Source: Tachypleus tridentatus
Taxonomy: Eukaryota
Direction: 5' to 3'
Assembly (NCBI RefSeq): GCF_004210375.1
Contig: NC_134831.1
Coordinates: 99,017,522 to 99,081,521 of the forward strand
Length of the DNA: 64,000 nucleotides
Translations under genes and position numbers: made by a program
Shown here: one piece after another, positions 13,695 to 27,372 of the stretch
Numbering within the stretch: the first letter of the stretch is position 1
Layout of the letters: each line of letters begins with the position of its first letter
The notes under the pieces: generated by a model
What the model was told of the DNA's origin: nothing
What the model saw: only the letters and a program-made list of their open reading frames with translations
The model's database searches: none

Positions 13695-16600
13695 CAATAT
13701 TTATTTTTATTTTAGACTGTCAGTATTACACAATGTGTAATTAATGTCTGCTTTAACTGATCATGACCAGAAATAAACATTATATACAAACTACTCATTG
13801 TGAAACAAGTAATATTTATTTTAGACTGTCAGTATTACACAATGTGTAATTAATGTCTGCTTTAACTGATCATGACCAGAACTAAACATTATATACAAAC
13901 TACTCATTGTGAAACAAGTAATATTTATTTTAGACTGTCAGTATTACACAATGTGTAATTAATGTCTGCTTTAACTGATCATGACCAGTACTAAACATTA
14001 TATACAAACTACTCATTGTGAAACAAGTAATATTTATTTTAGACTGTCAGTATTACACAATGTATAATTAATGTCTGCTTTAACTGATCATGACCAGAAC
14101 TAAACATTATATACAAACTACTCATTGTGAAACAAGTAATATTTATTTTAGACTGTCAGTATTACACAATGTGTAATTAATGTCTGCTTTAACTGATCAT
14201 GACCAGAACTAAACATTATATACAAACTACTCATTGTGAAACAAGTAATATTTATTTTAGACTGTCAGTATTACACAATGTGTAATTAATGTCTGCTTTA
14301 ACTGATCATGACCAGAACTAAACATTATATACAAACTACTCATTGTGAAACAAGTAATATTTATTTTAGACTGTCAGTATTACACAATGTATAATTAATG
14401 TCTGCTTTAACTGATCATGACCAGAACTAAACATTATATACAAACTACTCATTGTGAAACAAGTAATATTTATTTTAGACTGTCAGTATTACACAATGTG
14501 TAATTAATGTCTGCTTTAACTGATCATGACCAGAACTAAACATTACATACAAACTACTCATTGTGAAACAAGTAATATTTATTTTAGACTGTCAGTATTA
14601 CACAATGTGTAATTAATGTCTGCTTTAACTGATCATGACCAGAACTAAACATTATATACAAACTACTCATTGTGAAACAAGTAATATTTATTTTAGACTG
14701 TCAGTATTACACAATGTGTAATTAATGTCTGCTTTAACTGATCATGACCAGAACTAAACATTATATACAAACTACTCATTGTGAAACAAGTAATATTTAT
14801 TTTAGACTGTCAGTATTACACAATGTGTAATTAATGTCTGCTTTAACTGATCATGACCAGAACTAAACATTATATACAAACTACTCATTGTGAAACAAGT
14901 AATATTTATTTTAGACTGTCAGTATTACACAATGTGTAATTAATGTCTGCTTTAACTGATCATGACCAGAACTAAACATTATATACAAACTACTCATTGT
15001 GAAACAAGTAATATTTATTTTAGACTGTCAGTATTACACAATGTGTAATTAATGTCTGCTTTAACTGATCATGACCAGAACTAAACATTATATACAAACT
15101 ACTCATTGTGAAACAAGTAATATTTATTTTAGACTGTCAGTATTACACAATGTATAATTAATGTCTGCTTTAACTGATCATGACCAGAACTAAACATTAT
15201 ATACAAACTACTCATTGTGAAACAAGTAATATTTATTTTAGACTGTCAGTATTACACAATGTATAATTAATGTCTGCTTTAACTGATCATGACCAGAACT
15301 AAACATTATATACAAACTACTCATTGTGAAACAAGTAATATTTATTTTAGACTGTCAGTATTACACAATGTATAATTAATGTCTGCTTTAACTGATCATG
15401 ACCAGAACTAAACATTATATACAAACTACTCATTGTGAAACAAGTAATATTTATTTTAGACTGTCAGTATTACACAATGTATAATTAATGTCTGCTTTAA
15501 CTGATCATGACCAGAACTAAACATTATATACAAACTACTCATTGTGAAACAAGTAATATTTATTTTAGACTGTCAGTATTACACAATGTATAATTAATGT
15601 CTGCTTTAACTGATCATGACCAGAACTAAACATTATATACAAACTACTCATTGTGAAACAAGTAATATTTATTTTAGACTGTCAGTATTACACAATGTAT
15701 AATTAATGTCTGCTTTAACTGATCATGACCAGAACTAAACATTATATACAAACTACTCATTGTGAAACAAGTAATATTTATTTTAGACTGTCAGTATTAC
15801 ACAATGTATAATTAATGTCTGCTTTAACTGATCATGACCAGAACTAAACATTATATACAAACTACTCATTGTGAAACAAGTAATATTTATTTTAGACTGT
15901 CAGTATTACACAATGTATAATTAATGTCTGCTTTAACTGATCATGACCAGAACTAAACATTATATACAAACTACTCATTGTGAAACAAGTAATATTTATT
16001 TTAGACTGTCAGTATTACACAATGTATAATTAATGTCTGCTTTAACTGATCATGACCAGAACTAAACATTATATACAAACTACTCATTGTGAAACAAGTA
16101 ATATTTATTTTAGACTGTCAGTATTACACAATGTATAATTAATGTCTGCTTTAACTGATCATGACCAGAACTAAACATTATATACAAACTACTCATTGTG
16201 AAACAAGTAATATTTATTTTAGACTGTCAATATTACACAATGTATAATTAATGTCTGCTTTAACTGATCATGACCAGAACTAAACATTATATACAAACTA
16301 CTCATTGTGAAACAAGTAATATTTATTTTAGACTGTCAATATTACACAATGTATAATTAATGTCTGCTTTAACTGATCATGACCAGAACTAAACATTATA
16401 TACAAACTACTCATTGTGAAACAAGTAATATTTATTTTAGACTGTCAATATTACACAATGTATAATTAATGTCTGCTTTAACTGATCATGACCAGAACTA
16501 AACATTATATACAAACTACTCATTGTGAAACAAGTAATATTTATTTTAGACTGTCAGTATTACACAATGTATAATTAATGTCTGCTTTAACTGATCATGA

Positions 16601-18650
16601 CCAGAACTAAACATTATATACAAACTACTCATTGTGAAACAAGTAATATTTATTTTAGACTGTCGGTATTACACAATGTATAATTAATGTCTGCTTTAAC
16701 TGATCATGACCAGAACTAAACATTATATACAAACTACTCATTGTGAAACAAGTAATATTTATTTTAGACTGTCAGTATTACACAATGTATAATTAATGTC
16801 TGCTTTAACTGATCATGACCAGAACTAAACATTATATACAAACTACTCATTGTGAAACAAGTAATATTTATTTTAGACTGTCAATATTACACAATGTATA
16901 ATTAATGTCTGCTTTAACTGATCATGACCAGAACTAAACATTATATACAAACTACTCATTGTGAAACAAGTAATATTTATTTTAGACTGTCAATATTACA
17001 CAATGTATAATTAATGTCTGCTTTAACTGATCATGACCAGAACTAAACATTATATACAAACTACTCATTGTGAAACAAGTAATATTTATTTTAGACTGTC
17101 AATATTACACAATGTATAATTAATGTCTGCTTTAACTGATCATGACCAGAACTAAACATTATATACAAACTACTCATTGTGAAACAAGTAATATTTATTT
17201 TAGACTGTCAGTATTACACAATGTATAATTAATGTCTGCTTTAACTGATCATGACCAGAACTAAACATTATATACAAACTACTCATTGTGAAACAAGTAA
17301 TATTTATTTTAGACTGTCGGTATTACACAATGTATAATTAATGTCTGCTTTAACTGATCATGACCAGAACTAAACATTATATACAAACTACTCATTGTGA
17401 AACAAGTAATATTTATTTTAGACTGTCAGTATTACACAATGTATAATTAATGTCTGCTTTAACTGATCATGACCAGAACTAAACATTATATACAAACTAC
17501 TCATTGTGAAACAAGTAATATTTATTTTAGACTGTCAGTATTACACAATGTATAATTAATGTCTGCTTTAACTGATCATGACCAGAACTAAACATTATAT
17601 ACAAACTACTCATTGTGAAACAAGTAATATTTATTTTAGACTGTCAGTATTACACAATGTATAATTAATGTCTGCTTTAACTGATCATGACCAGAACTAA
17701 ACATTATATACAAACTACTCATTGTGAAACAAGTAATATTTATTTTAGACTGTCAGTATTACACAATGTATAATTAATGTCTGCTTTAACTGATCATGAC
17801 CAGAACTAAACATTATATACAAACTACTCATTGTGAAACAAGTAATATTTATTTTAGACTGTCAGTATTACACAATGTATAATTAATGTCTGCTTTAACT
17901 GATCATGACCAGAACTAAACATTATATACAAACTACTCATTGTGAAACAAGTAATATTTATTTTAGACTGTCAGTATTACACAATGTATAATTAATGTCT
18001 GCTTTAACTGATCATGACCAGAACTAAACATTATATACAAACTACTCATTGTGAAACAAGTAATATTTATTTTAGACTGTCAATATTACACAATGTATAA
18101 TTAATGTCTGCTTTAACTGATCATGACCAGAACTAAACATTATATACAAACTACTCATTGTGAAACAAGTAATATTTATTTTAGACTGTCAATATTACAC
18201 AATGTATAATTAATGTCTGCTTTAATTGATCATGACCAGAACTAAACATTATATACAAACTACTCATTGTGAAACAAGTAATATTTATTTTAGACTGTCA
18301 ATATTACACAATGTATAATTAATGTCTGCTTTAACTGATCATGACCAGAACTAAACATTATATACAAACTACTCATTGTGAAACAAGTAATATTTATTTT
18401 AGACTGTCAATATTACACAATGTATAATTAATGTCTGCTTTAACTGATCATGACCAGAACTAAACATTATATACAAACTACTCATTGTGAAACAAGTAAT
18501 ATTTATTTTAGACTGTCAGTATTACACAATGTATAATTAATGTCTGCTTTAACTGATCATGACCAGAACTAAACATTATATACAAACTACTCATTGTGAA
18601 ACAAGTAATATTTATTTTAGACTGTCAATATTACACAAAGTATAATTATA
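13695..18650. repeat. Satellite array of a 109-bp unit, about 45 tandem copies (about 5 kb), inside the myosin intron.
   Basis: Unit taatatttattttagactgtcagtattacacaatgtgtaattaatgtctgctttaactgatcatgaccagaactaaacattatatacaaactactcattgtgaaacaag. The period was measured as 109 bp at three successive copies. Confidence 0.97.
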
Positions 18651-19835
18651 AGTAATATTTATGTCAGATTTACCAATATTTAACATTTAATTAACACAAT
18701 TTTTCTTTTGCTTTATTTAATCATAAACAAAATATACATACACACTTTTAAGAATGAACACATTTTACATTTTAATTACATTGGACTAACACGCATGATA
18801 AATTCCAAAAATTATTTAGTTATAAAAATTAAATTATCTCATAATTTTATGATAATGATAATGGAAAACATTTTTTTTAAAAAACTTAGGAGATACCATT
18901 TGTATTATATTATGTTGGCTTGAAGTTTAATTTTTTTTAAATTTTCGTTATCTACAAAGTGTAAATTACAGTTTTCTTCAAATATAAAAACAGGAATGTG
19001 ATTTATCTTTGTATACCAATCTCTATTCATATATCTCAAGATGGCTGGTATGGATATTAAAAAAAGGAACATTTTTACTTCAAGTGTCATCATGAATCTC
19101 TATTCTTATCTTAAAATTTGATTCATGTACACAAACTAAAAATATTATGTACTACACGAAATAATTTAATGAGTTATTAACATCATAAAAAATTCTGTTT
19201 CATTTATTTATTGTTAAACAATATTACCAACCCAAATAGAATGACCAATACAGAAAATACTTTTTATTCCTAACATAGCATAAAATAATATAAACACACT
19301 TCAGTAGACAAAAGACATAGTTATTGGTTCATAAACTGCAAAAGTGACACAGCAGTGTTTACATTCAATGAAAGATTCTTAGCAGCTTGAATTTTCTAAC
19401 AGATGATGTAAAATATTCTCATGCTAAGCAGTTTGAATAGCGACATGTTTACGTTAATAAAAGATATTTAACATCTTATTTTGTGATACAAATGTCATAC
19501 AGTTTATGTAGTTATTATATTATCAAATTATTTATATAATTATACATAGTTGGGGACCATATTAAGTAATTATAATGAGTTTTAGTGGTTTTTGTAACAG
19601 ATATAAGTAACAAAAAACAACCTTCTATAGTCCAAAAGTTATTAAAATAATGAACAAGTTTCCTTTGTGTATTCCTGTGTTTACAAATTTTATAAGTATA
19701 TAACTGCTTACACATTTTCAAGTATAAAAAAAGGATTAAAACAAAATAAGGCTTAGTATTATTCTTTGTATTATTAGTATTATTCTTTGGAGTTTACATT
19801 CTGATTAAGTATATTTTATTGCAAGCTACAGTTTT

Positions 19836-20115
19836 TTTGTTTGTTTATTTTTTGAATTTTGAACAAAGCTACTCGAGGGCTATCTGTGCTTGCCGTCCCT
19901 AATTTAGCAGTGTAAGACTAGAGGGAAGGTAGCTAGTCATCACCACCCACTGCCAACTCTTGGGCTACTCTTTTACCAATGAATAGTGGGATTGACCGTC
20001 TCCATATAATGCCCCCATGGCTGAAAGGGCGAGCATGTTTGGAGCAACGGGGATGCGAACTCATGACCCTCAGATTACAAGTCGCACACCTTAACACGCT
20101 TGGCCATGCCGGGCC
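19836..20115 (-). mobile_element. tRNA-derived SINE (family 1), an older CpG-decayed copy.
   Basis: Reverse complement of the tRNA-like head (ggcccggcatggccaagcgtgttaaggtgtgcgacttgtaatctgagggtcatgagttcgcatcc) and body. The A/T-rich tail, seen as its complement gtttgtttattttttgaattttgaacaaagc, is at the 5' end on the plus strand. Confidence 0.85.
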
Positions 20116-20649
20116 ATTGCAAGCTACAGATTCTACATTAAGAAAGAAAAATTATTAAAGCTTATTGCTTGCCATTTTCAAAAAGACATTGCCTAAAGTT
20201 AAAACTACTTATTAATGAAAATACATTTTGACAGATCCAAGCAGTATAAGTGACAAACCTGTGTTTTATTCTTTGTTGTCACAGTTTTCTAACAAGATGT
20301 TTTGCAACAACAACGTTTATTCTTTTTTTTGTGCTGGTACTGAATTTAATCAAGTCTATCAGTACAGATACATTATGTCTTGATGAATTGAAAAGCATCT
20401 ACTAATTTCCTTTACAAGGCTCAGTTAACAATCTCTTTTATTTCATTCTTATCGCACAGGAAACCTCAATTCTCTTGTTTTTATGTGTACTTACAATAGA
20501 AGTAATTCAGTTTGTTTATGTACAACACAAGTTAGGTCTCAATTCAAGCAATCATTGTTCACATGCTCACAGTTAGTATGGAGATGGAGTTGACTTCCAA
20601 GAATTTGTAATGCTCAAAATCTGAACAAGAATTCGTTCTTCTTAATCAC

Positions 20650-21480
20650 TATCATAAAATCATAATCCCAGAAGTTGGAAAGTTCTGTATGATAAGTTTG
20701 AAACTGAACACACTTAAGATAAAGACCCAACTCAATAACATCAACCCAGTAATGTTCTGTATGATAAGTTTGAAACTGAACACACTTAAGATAAAGACCC
20801 AACTCAATAACATCAACCCAGTAAAGTTCTGTATGATAAGTTTGAAACTGAACACACTTAAGATAAAGACCCAACTCAATAACATCAACCCAGTAATGTT
20901 CTGTATGATAAGTTTGAAACTGAACACACTTAAGATAAAGACCCAACTCAATAACATCAACCCAGTAAAGTTCTGTATGATAAGTTTGAAACTGAACACA
21001 CTTAAGATAAAGACCCAACTCAATAACATCAACCCAGTAATGTTCTGTATGATCAGTTTGAAACTGAACACACTTAAGATAAAGACCCAACTCAATGACA
21101 TCAACCCAGTAATGTTCTGTATGATAAGTTTGAAACTGAACACACTTAAGATAAAGACCCAACTCAATAACATCAACCCAGTAAAGTTCTGTATGATAAG
21201 TTTGAAACTGAACACACTTAAGATAAAGACCCAACTCAATAACATCAACCCAGTAATGTTCTGTATGATAAGTTTGAAACTGAACACACTTAAGATAAAG
21301 ACCCAACTCAATAACATCAACCCAGTAATGTTCTGTATGATAAGTTTGAAACTGAACACACTTAAGATAAAGACCCAACTCAATAACATCAACCCAGTAA
21401 TGTTCTGTATGATAAGTTTGAAACTGAACACACTTAAGATAAAGACCCAACTCAATAACATCAACCCAGTAATGTTTTAA
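20650..21480. repeat. Tandem repeat of a 72-bp unit, about 11.5 copies.
   Basis: Period 72 bp (24-aa periodic pseudo-ORFs). Three frames lack stop codons, which produced the overlapping ORFs in the track at 20614-21486. Confidence 0.95.
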
Positions 21481-21723
21481 CAACAATACAGACTTCTAAA
21501 TGTTAGACATTAAATACGAGAAACTGTATTAGAATTCAACAAGTTATTTTTGTTTGGTATTAACCTAGCTCAACTGGTTGATACTTAAAAACAAACTATA
21601 AATCTAAGTTGAGACTTTGAAAATTAACTCATAAAAAAATTGGACTTTGAAATGTAATTTTTGTTACACGATGACATAGACTAATATACTGAAAAAGGAA
21701 TAAAAAATACTGGACAGAATTAC

Positions 21724-21800
21724 CTAAATCATGCTTTTTGTGCTGGAAGCAATCTTCAGTCTCAAAAAGAGTTTGTGGTAGACGAATGAAAATCTTTGTT
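21724..21800 (-). CDS. Class I myosin exon (end of the motor/converter region). It encodes (K)TKIFIRLPQTLFETEDCFQHKKHDL.
   Basis: Aligns with MYO1C [26 protein letters not shown]. Acceptor tatttttcag|, donor G|gtaatt. Confidence 0.88.
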
Positions 21801-22141
21801 CTGAAAAATATTGTTTTCAATATTACAACTAGAATGATGCTGAGTAATGAAAAACATAATATGTATTGATTTTTTAAGACTTTCACAAAATATAATACGA
21901 GATTATGACAAAATATAACTATAGGTCTATCAAAATTCATGTTGATTTAATACTTTAATCTATTTCAGGAACGCAGTAACAATCAAGCTGTACGATCAAC
22001 AGGTTAGAAACAATGTATAATAGTTCTATTACATGTTTAAAAAGTATTGTTTATTTTAAAACAGTAGCTTAAAAACGAGTTTTGAAGTCTAAAATATTAT
22101 TCTACTTCAAATATCTAAACTTAATATAACACAAAACTTAC

Positions 22142-22373
22142 TTTCCCATTCTGTGAGCATCTGGTTTGTAGCCCAGATGGTTTACCAGAATTTGTACTCC
22201 TTGTTTAGCACTACCTTGATAACTGGGCCAAGTTTTTGGACACAGGCACTTGTATCTTTTTAGGAAAACTTCATAAGGTCGTCGATAAGCAAACCCGGCT
22301 CTTCGAACTCTCAAGTTTTCCATAAGGCCAAGATATTTAACTTGATGTGCTACAATCATGTCATCAAAGACAG
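22142..22373 (-). CDS. Class I myosin exon. It encodes [76 protein letters not shown](K).
   Basis: Aligns with MYO1[50 protein letters not shown]...LVRHLGYKPEEYKMG. Acceptor atttcag|, donor AA|gtaagt. 232 nt. Confidence 0.92.
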
Positions 22374-22717
22374 CTGAAATATTACAAATAATTTATTTAA
22401 TGTGAAACTTATATCAAATAAAATGATGTGACTTTCTCAATACATTTCATCTATATATCCATTGATTGATCCATCTGTCCATGGAATAATCTATTATATA
22501 CGACTCCAAAAATATTGTTATAAATATTTATATTTCACATATTTCTTTTCATGGTATTAATAACATTATTCGTTACTTAAATTTCATTTCTCTACAGGAA
22601 ACAAACATAATAATTGGCAAACTTAATACAATTTTCATAAGAAAAAATATATGATACAAAAAATTTATTGAGAAAAATATTTGTTTATTTATTTCTTAAG
22701 TAAAAAGTGTCTGTGCT

Positions 22718-23035
22718 GTGTCCACAAGTTTAAAAACACAGCTTTTAGTGGTATTAGTGCCCCCAGTGGCACAGTGCTAGAAACTTGATGTTGATACCTA
22801 TGGGGGCAGAGCACAGAGAGCCTATTGTGTAGTTTTGTGCTTCATTACAAACAAAGTGGCATGAGCCCCCATACTTACTATTGAATCATTAAATACTATT
22901 GTAATTTTATTCTTTTTAGAGAGACATTTACAGGCCAGCTTACCTGGCTGTTTTCTGTCGTTGGGTTTGATACATCGGACATACCATGGTTCTTTTGACA
23001 TTAATATTGTCATCAACTGAGACAAGCTTCTCTTA
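22718..23035. repeat. Copy A of a roughly 320-bp segmental duplication. It contains a SINE2 insertion plus the functional myosin exon at 22944-23049.
   Basis: About 90 percent identical to 24937-25250 over a SINE2 element and the adjacent exon sequence. Confidence 0.9.
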
Positions 23036-23049
23036 AACTGGGTGGCTGT
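22944..23049 (-). CDS. Class I myosin exon. It encodes [35 protein letters not shown](A).
   Basis: Conserved myosin motif VRCIKPN. Aligns with MYO1[37 protein letters not shown]. Donor CAG|gtaagc. The acceptor is most likely tcgaag| at 23049; an alternative lies 4 nt downstream. Confidence 0.85.
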
Positions 23050-24320
23050 CTTCGAGAAGAAAAGAAGAAGTATTATATCATAAAGAGCAGCCTACTTATG
23101 AGAAGACATTATTGATGGTTACTAGTGACAGGTTTTTAATGTTTTGGACTGATACCTGTTATTGTTAGAAGCTTTCCAAAATGAAACAGATGTTTTTACT
23201 TTATGATTTAAAACTGCAACCACAGTTAAACGTATAAATCGTTTCACTCTGCTCTATATGATGGAAATATTGCCACTGTACAAGTTATATCAAGTAAAAA
23301 GTATAAGGAAAAGCTGACTAAATGTGTGAATGCTTCCTGTATGGATATTACTTTCTAAAAACTTTAAACAGTTTAATCAGGTTTTAACTAAACTAATTAT
23401 TTCTTTACAGAAATTATCTAAGGTTATAAGTTGTTTTTCTAATTATACTTATGCTACTTTCTGAATCTTATATCAGTAATAAGTTTTATTTAAGCAAACA
23501 ATTAAAATATCAGAATTTTAGGTTATTTTTTTCTTACTTGACCAACTGAGACAACAAGAACACTTTCTCTTACTACTGTTGAAAAAAAGAAGCATATTAA
23601 AGATAGAGACATGCCATTCACTTATTTTTGGACAGTTTATAATTTAAAGTGTTTTGCTGACCAATCAATACTAACCTTATATATTGTGTCTAATTAATTC
23701 ATATTTAAAGTAATAAACATAAGACAGTTGCAACCAACAGCTCATGTAACTGACAAAAATCAAGAGATACAGAGATACTGTTAAATATAATTTGTGCCTA
23801 AACACAATGCAGCTAAAGTTCATACAAGTTTAACAATAAATACAATAAGCTGAGACATTTAACCACTGGTCAACAGTTTGGTGAATATCTTACAATAATA
23901 TCAACTATTAGTCAACAGTAGACATCTTACAGTAATGTTAACCGGCAGGGGCGTTGAGAGGCAGGTCAAGCCCCGGGGACAATTATGTCACTGGGCTTCA
24001 TTTTGAAGTCTTAATAAATTCATGGTACATTCATGGGCATATGAAGAATTTTACTAGTGGGTGGAAGCCAAATGTGTTGATAATATACATTTTTTTGATA
24101 AAAAGGTATTTATTGAGGCAAAGAAATTTCCAGCAGTACTGGGATTTTTCCTTAAGTATATTATAAAAATGAGAATACACTATTCTTTATCCCATATTTT
24201 CCCAGGCCCCAGGACTGTATTCCCCCCCCCCACCATCTTGTCAGGCCTGTCAATCAGTAGTCAATAGATTGGCAGATATCTTATAATACTGTTAAACATA
24301 GATCAATTTAGCTAACTTAC

Positions 24321-24401
24321 TGTGTCTGGTCTTTTCTTGTTTGAAAGCTCAGATTCTGGAAAAGAAGTTCTTGTGATGAGATTTGATGTCTTTGTCATAG
24401 T
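24321..24401 (-). CDS. Class I myosin exon. It encodes TMTKTSNLITRTSFPESELSNKKRPDT.
   Basis: Aligns with MYO1C [27 protein letters not shown]. Acceptor gttttcag|, donor ACA|gtaagt. 27 codons. Confidence 0.85.
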
Positions 24402-24936
24402 CTGAAAACATATTTAAATACTCAGAAAAAAATATACATGAACTTGGGTTTAACATCTGACATTAGATGTAGAGCAGTGGTTTTGTAATATAGCAGAAAT
24501 TCGTTCCTAGTATTTAAATGTTTAATACTACACTAATAAAATATTTGATATGCTTTACATTTCCAAAAATTAAACCCAATTTTATCTTCTACTTGACAAA
24601 TACATTCTAATGAATACCTTCAAGTTTTCATAACTACTTGAAACTTATAATCATAAAAACCAAGTGTCAGTTGGTCTGTCAGTCAAACAAGTTAGATTTC
24701 ACCAAATTTCGTGAGCTACATGAGTCAAATTACATTATTTATCCAATAATACTCCCCCTTGTCACTACCCTTTACCATTTCAGTTCACTTGTTAAAATAA
24801 GCATAAGTAGGTCCTACATTTCACCACTTTATCCGCCTACCAGGGAAGGATCATTTATATGAAGGATTTATTTAGCACAGACTGAAATTAACTTGTTATG
24901 AAGAGGAATTGGAGCAATAACTGAGGATTTACAAGT

Positions 24937-25250
24937 TTAAAAACACAGCTTTTAGTGCTATTAGTGCCCCCAGTGGCACAGTGCTATGTCTGCAGTGCTA
25001 GAAACTCGATGTTGATACCTGTGGGGGGCAGAGCACAGATAGCCTATTGTGTAGTTTTGTGCTTCATTACAAACAATGTGGCATGAGCCCCCATACTAAC
25101 CACTGAGTCACTAGCAGAAAGGAAAATAAGTGTAATTTTATTCTTTTTAGAGAGACATTTACAGGCCAGCTTACCTGGCTGTTTTCTGTCGTTGGGTTTG
25201 ATACATCAGACATTAATGTTGTCACCAACTGACACAATTGATGTGGTTAG
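24937..25250 (-). pseudogene. Copy B of the duplication. It is a pseudo-exon copy of the VRCIKPN exon, with a 19-bp deletion and a CGA to TGA stop.
   Basis: The minus-strand reading gives [11 protein letters not shown] with an intact gtaagc donor. The block accatggttcttttgacat is missing relative to copy A. Confidence 0.8.
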
Positions 25251-25556
25251 AAAATAACTTGTGATCAGTGAATTCTGGGACAAGTATTGATGCTAGACAC
25301 TTTTAGGTAAAGGAGATATTGATCATGAGAGAATTTGGCTTCCCAAAGCTAGAAGACTCTTATTTTTCTTATGTCTGTTTATGGGCAGCAAAGTTGCAAA
25401 AGCATATTGGTGCATTCGAATTTGGTAGGCTTTGGCTTTCCATCATTTTTTAAGGGCCTTTATACTAGTTAACAAACACACAACAATTCTTTTTAAACTT
25501 TGTACATGTAATTGAAGATCTGGTTCATATCTAAACTGATTTGTTTAATTATTTAC

Positions 25557-25603
25557 CTTTTTCAAATCTCGATACAGAAGATCATTATTCTTCTCCAAAA
25601 ACC
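25557..25603 (-). CDS. Class I myosin exon. It encodes (G)FLEKNNDLLYRDLKK.
   Basis: Aligns with MYO1C GFLDKNNDLLFRNLKE. Acceptor ttgtttccag|, donor AAG|gtaaat. Phase agrees with the flanking exons. Confidence 0.88.
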
Positions 25604-26588
25604 CTGGAAACAATGATGTGTAAATTAAAATGTGAAAAAACAACATTCAATAAAGGAAAGCAATAACTGATTACTGAACCATAAGAAACTAAGACACTCA
25701 AATAATTTAATAATAATATATCATTATCAGAATTATGAAGAGAATAAAACTTAAATCGAATGATATCTTTTACAGTTATTAATTAAACACCATAAAGCTA
25801 TAAACTCATTTTTTTCTGTTTTAAGAACGAATTCAGAATGATGAAAGACAGAAAAACAACTGGGAATCTGTGATTGAACTCATATCACTGGATAACCCTA
25901 AGTAGTATGTTTAGTATAACATTGTAATTATATAACACTAAAAAACAATATTCATTTTTATTGACTGAAATGATGTTGAATACAGTTCTGTAATGTTGTG
26001 TATTGTTACCTTTATGTGAGACTCCAGACACACAAAATGAGCACTTACAAAAAGATATCAAATGCATGTTAAAATAAGGCTGATTTTGTATACACATACA
26101 TACTATACCAATACTATAGTTATACTGATAAATCCTTTGTTTAAAAGTTTACACTGAAACAGAACCAGACTGTTAAAATGCTGTTCTTGTTATCACCACC
26201 TTATTTAAATAAAAGTTTCTCTCTCTATAATTTGTTTTCTTACTGTATGGTTTTATGATAACAATGGTGTGAAAGTGGTAAGGTGTAATGTTATTAAACA
26301 CACAAGTGCAAACACATCAATATCTAGCAAGTATATTTGACGAAGGCCATAATACCTAAATCTGGGCTACTACTGATATCTATGTCGAATTGTTCAGTTG
26401 TAGAGAAATGCATGAACTGAAACTAAAACCTATGCATTTCATATTTTATTATGAACATCTTAATGTTATCACTTCTATGCTATTTTTAAACTAAGAATTG
26501 TAGACACACACTAAAAACAATACTTGTGTATACTACAGTGTGATAGAGAGAAGTAAAGTATTCTCATATCAACAGTAAAAAAAATTAC

Positions 26589-26637
26589 CGTCCACTCTGT
26601 ATGTGACATCTCCGGCATAATGTCTCAGTCTGAATTC
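26589..26637 (-). CDS. Class I myosin exon. It encodes EFRLRHYAGDVTYRVD(G).
   Basis: Aligns with MYO1C EFRLLHYAGEVTYSVTG. Acceptor gtgtttcag|, donor G|gtaatt. Confidence 0.88.
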
Positions 26638-27372
26638 CTGAAACACACAAACACATGCACCAATAAGAGGTAATTACTGAAAAACAGAACATTTGTTTGG
26701 TATAAATAAACCAATGTTATAACCAATAGCATTGTCAGACATGGTCAATTTATATAATAGTCAGATATTTTTAAATTAAACAAGCTTGATAACATAAAAT
26801 AACATTAAAATATAATAAAGAACATTATGGTCCTTCTAGGCTGTCCTATTCACTGTATTAAACTAAACCAAAAATAAAGTTCCATGTCAACCATTATCAT
26901 TCAATTACTCATCAAGTGTACCATTCTGTAATGAGAATTATGCTTTCTTAGCTGAAAATGACTCCCACCCTCTCAAGGTTTATACTTATGTCCCTCACTA
27001 TTTTCATTTTGCCATTAAATAAATAATAGAAAAAAACACATGATGATTAACACTATCATTTCTCTTAGTTGGGTTTAGTGATATTTTTTTCAGACTACTT
27101 GAATAACGTATGAACTTTGATGCTATATATTACAAACCAGAGGTAAAAGATGAGGGTAATTAATGAAAGTATGTGTTGTGATAATTACTAAAAAAGTATT
27201 TAATTAGATAAATTAAATTTATCTAATGACCATAAGATAAGACCCAGATGAAATTAAATTATTTCATACATGATAGGAAACATAACATGAACAAAACAAA
27301 ACTTAATTAGTCCACATTTATAATAAATTTAAAGTTTTCTATATGATGTGAGTTACATATGATAGTTAATTA

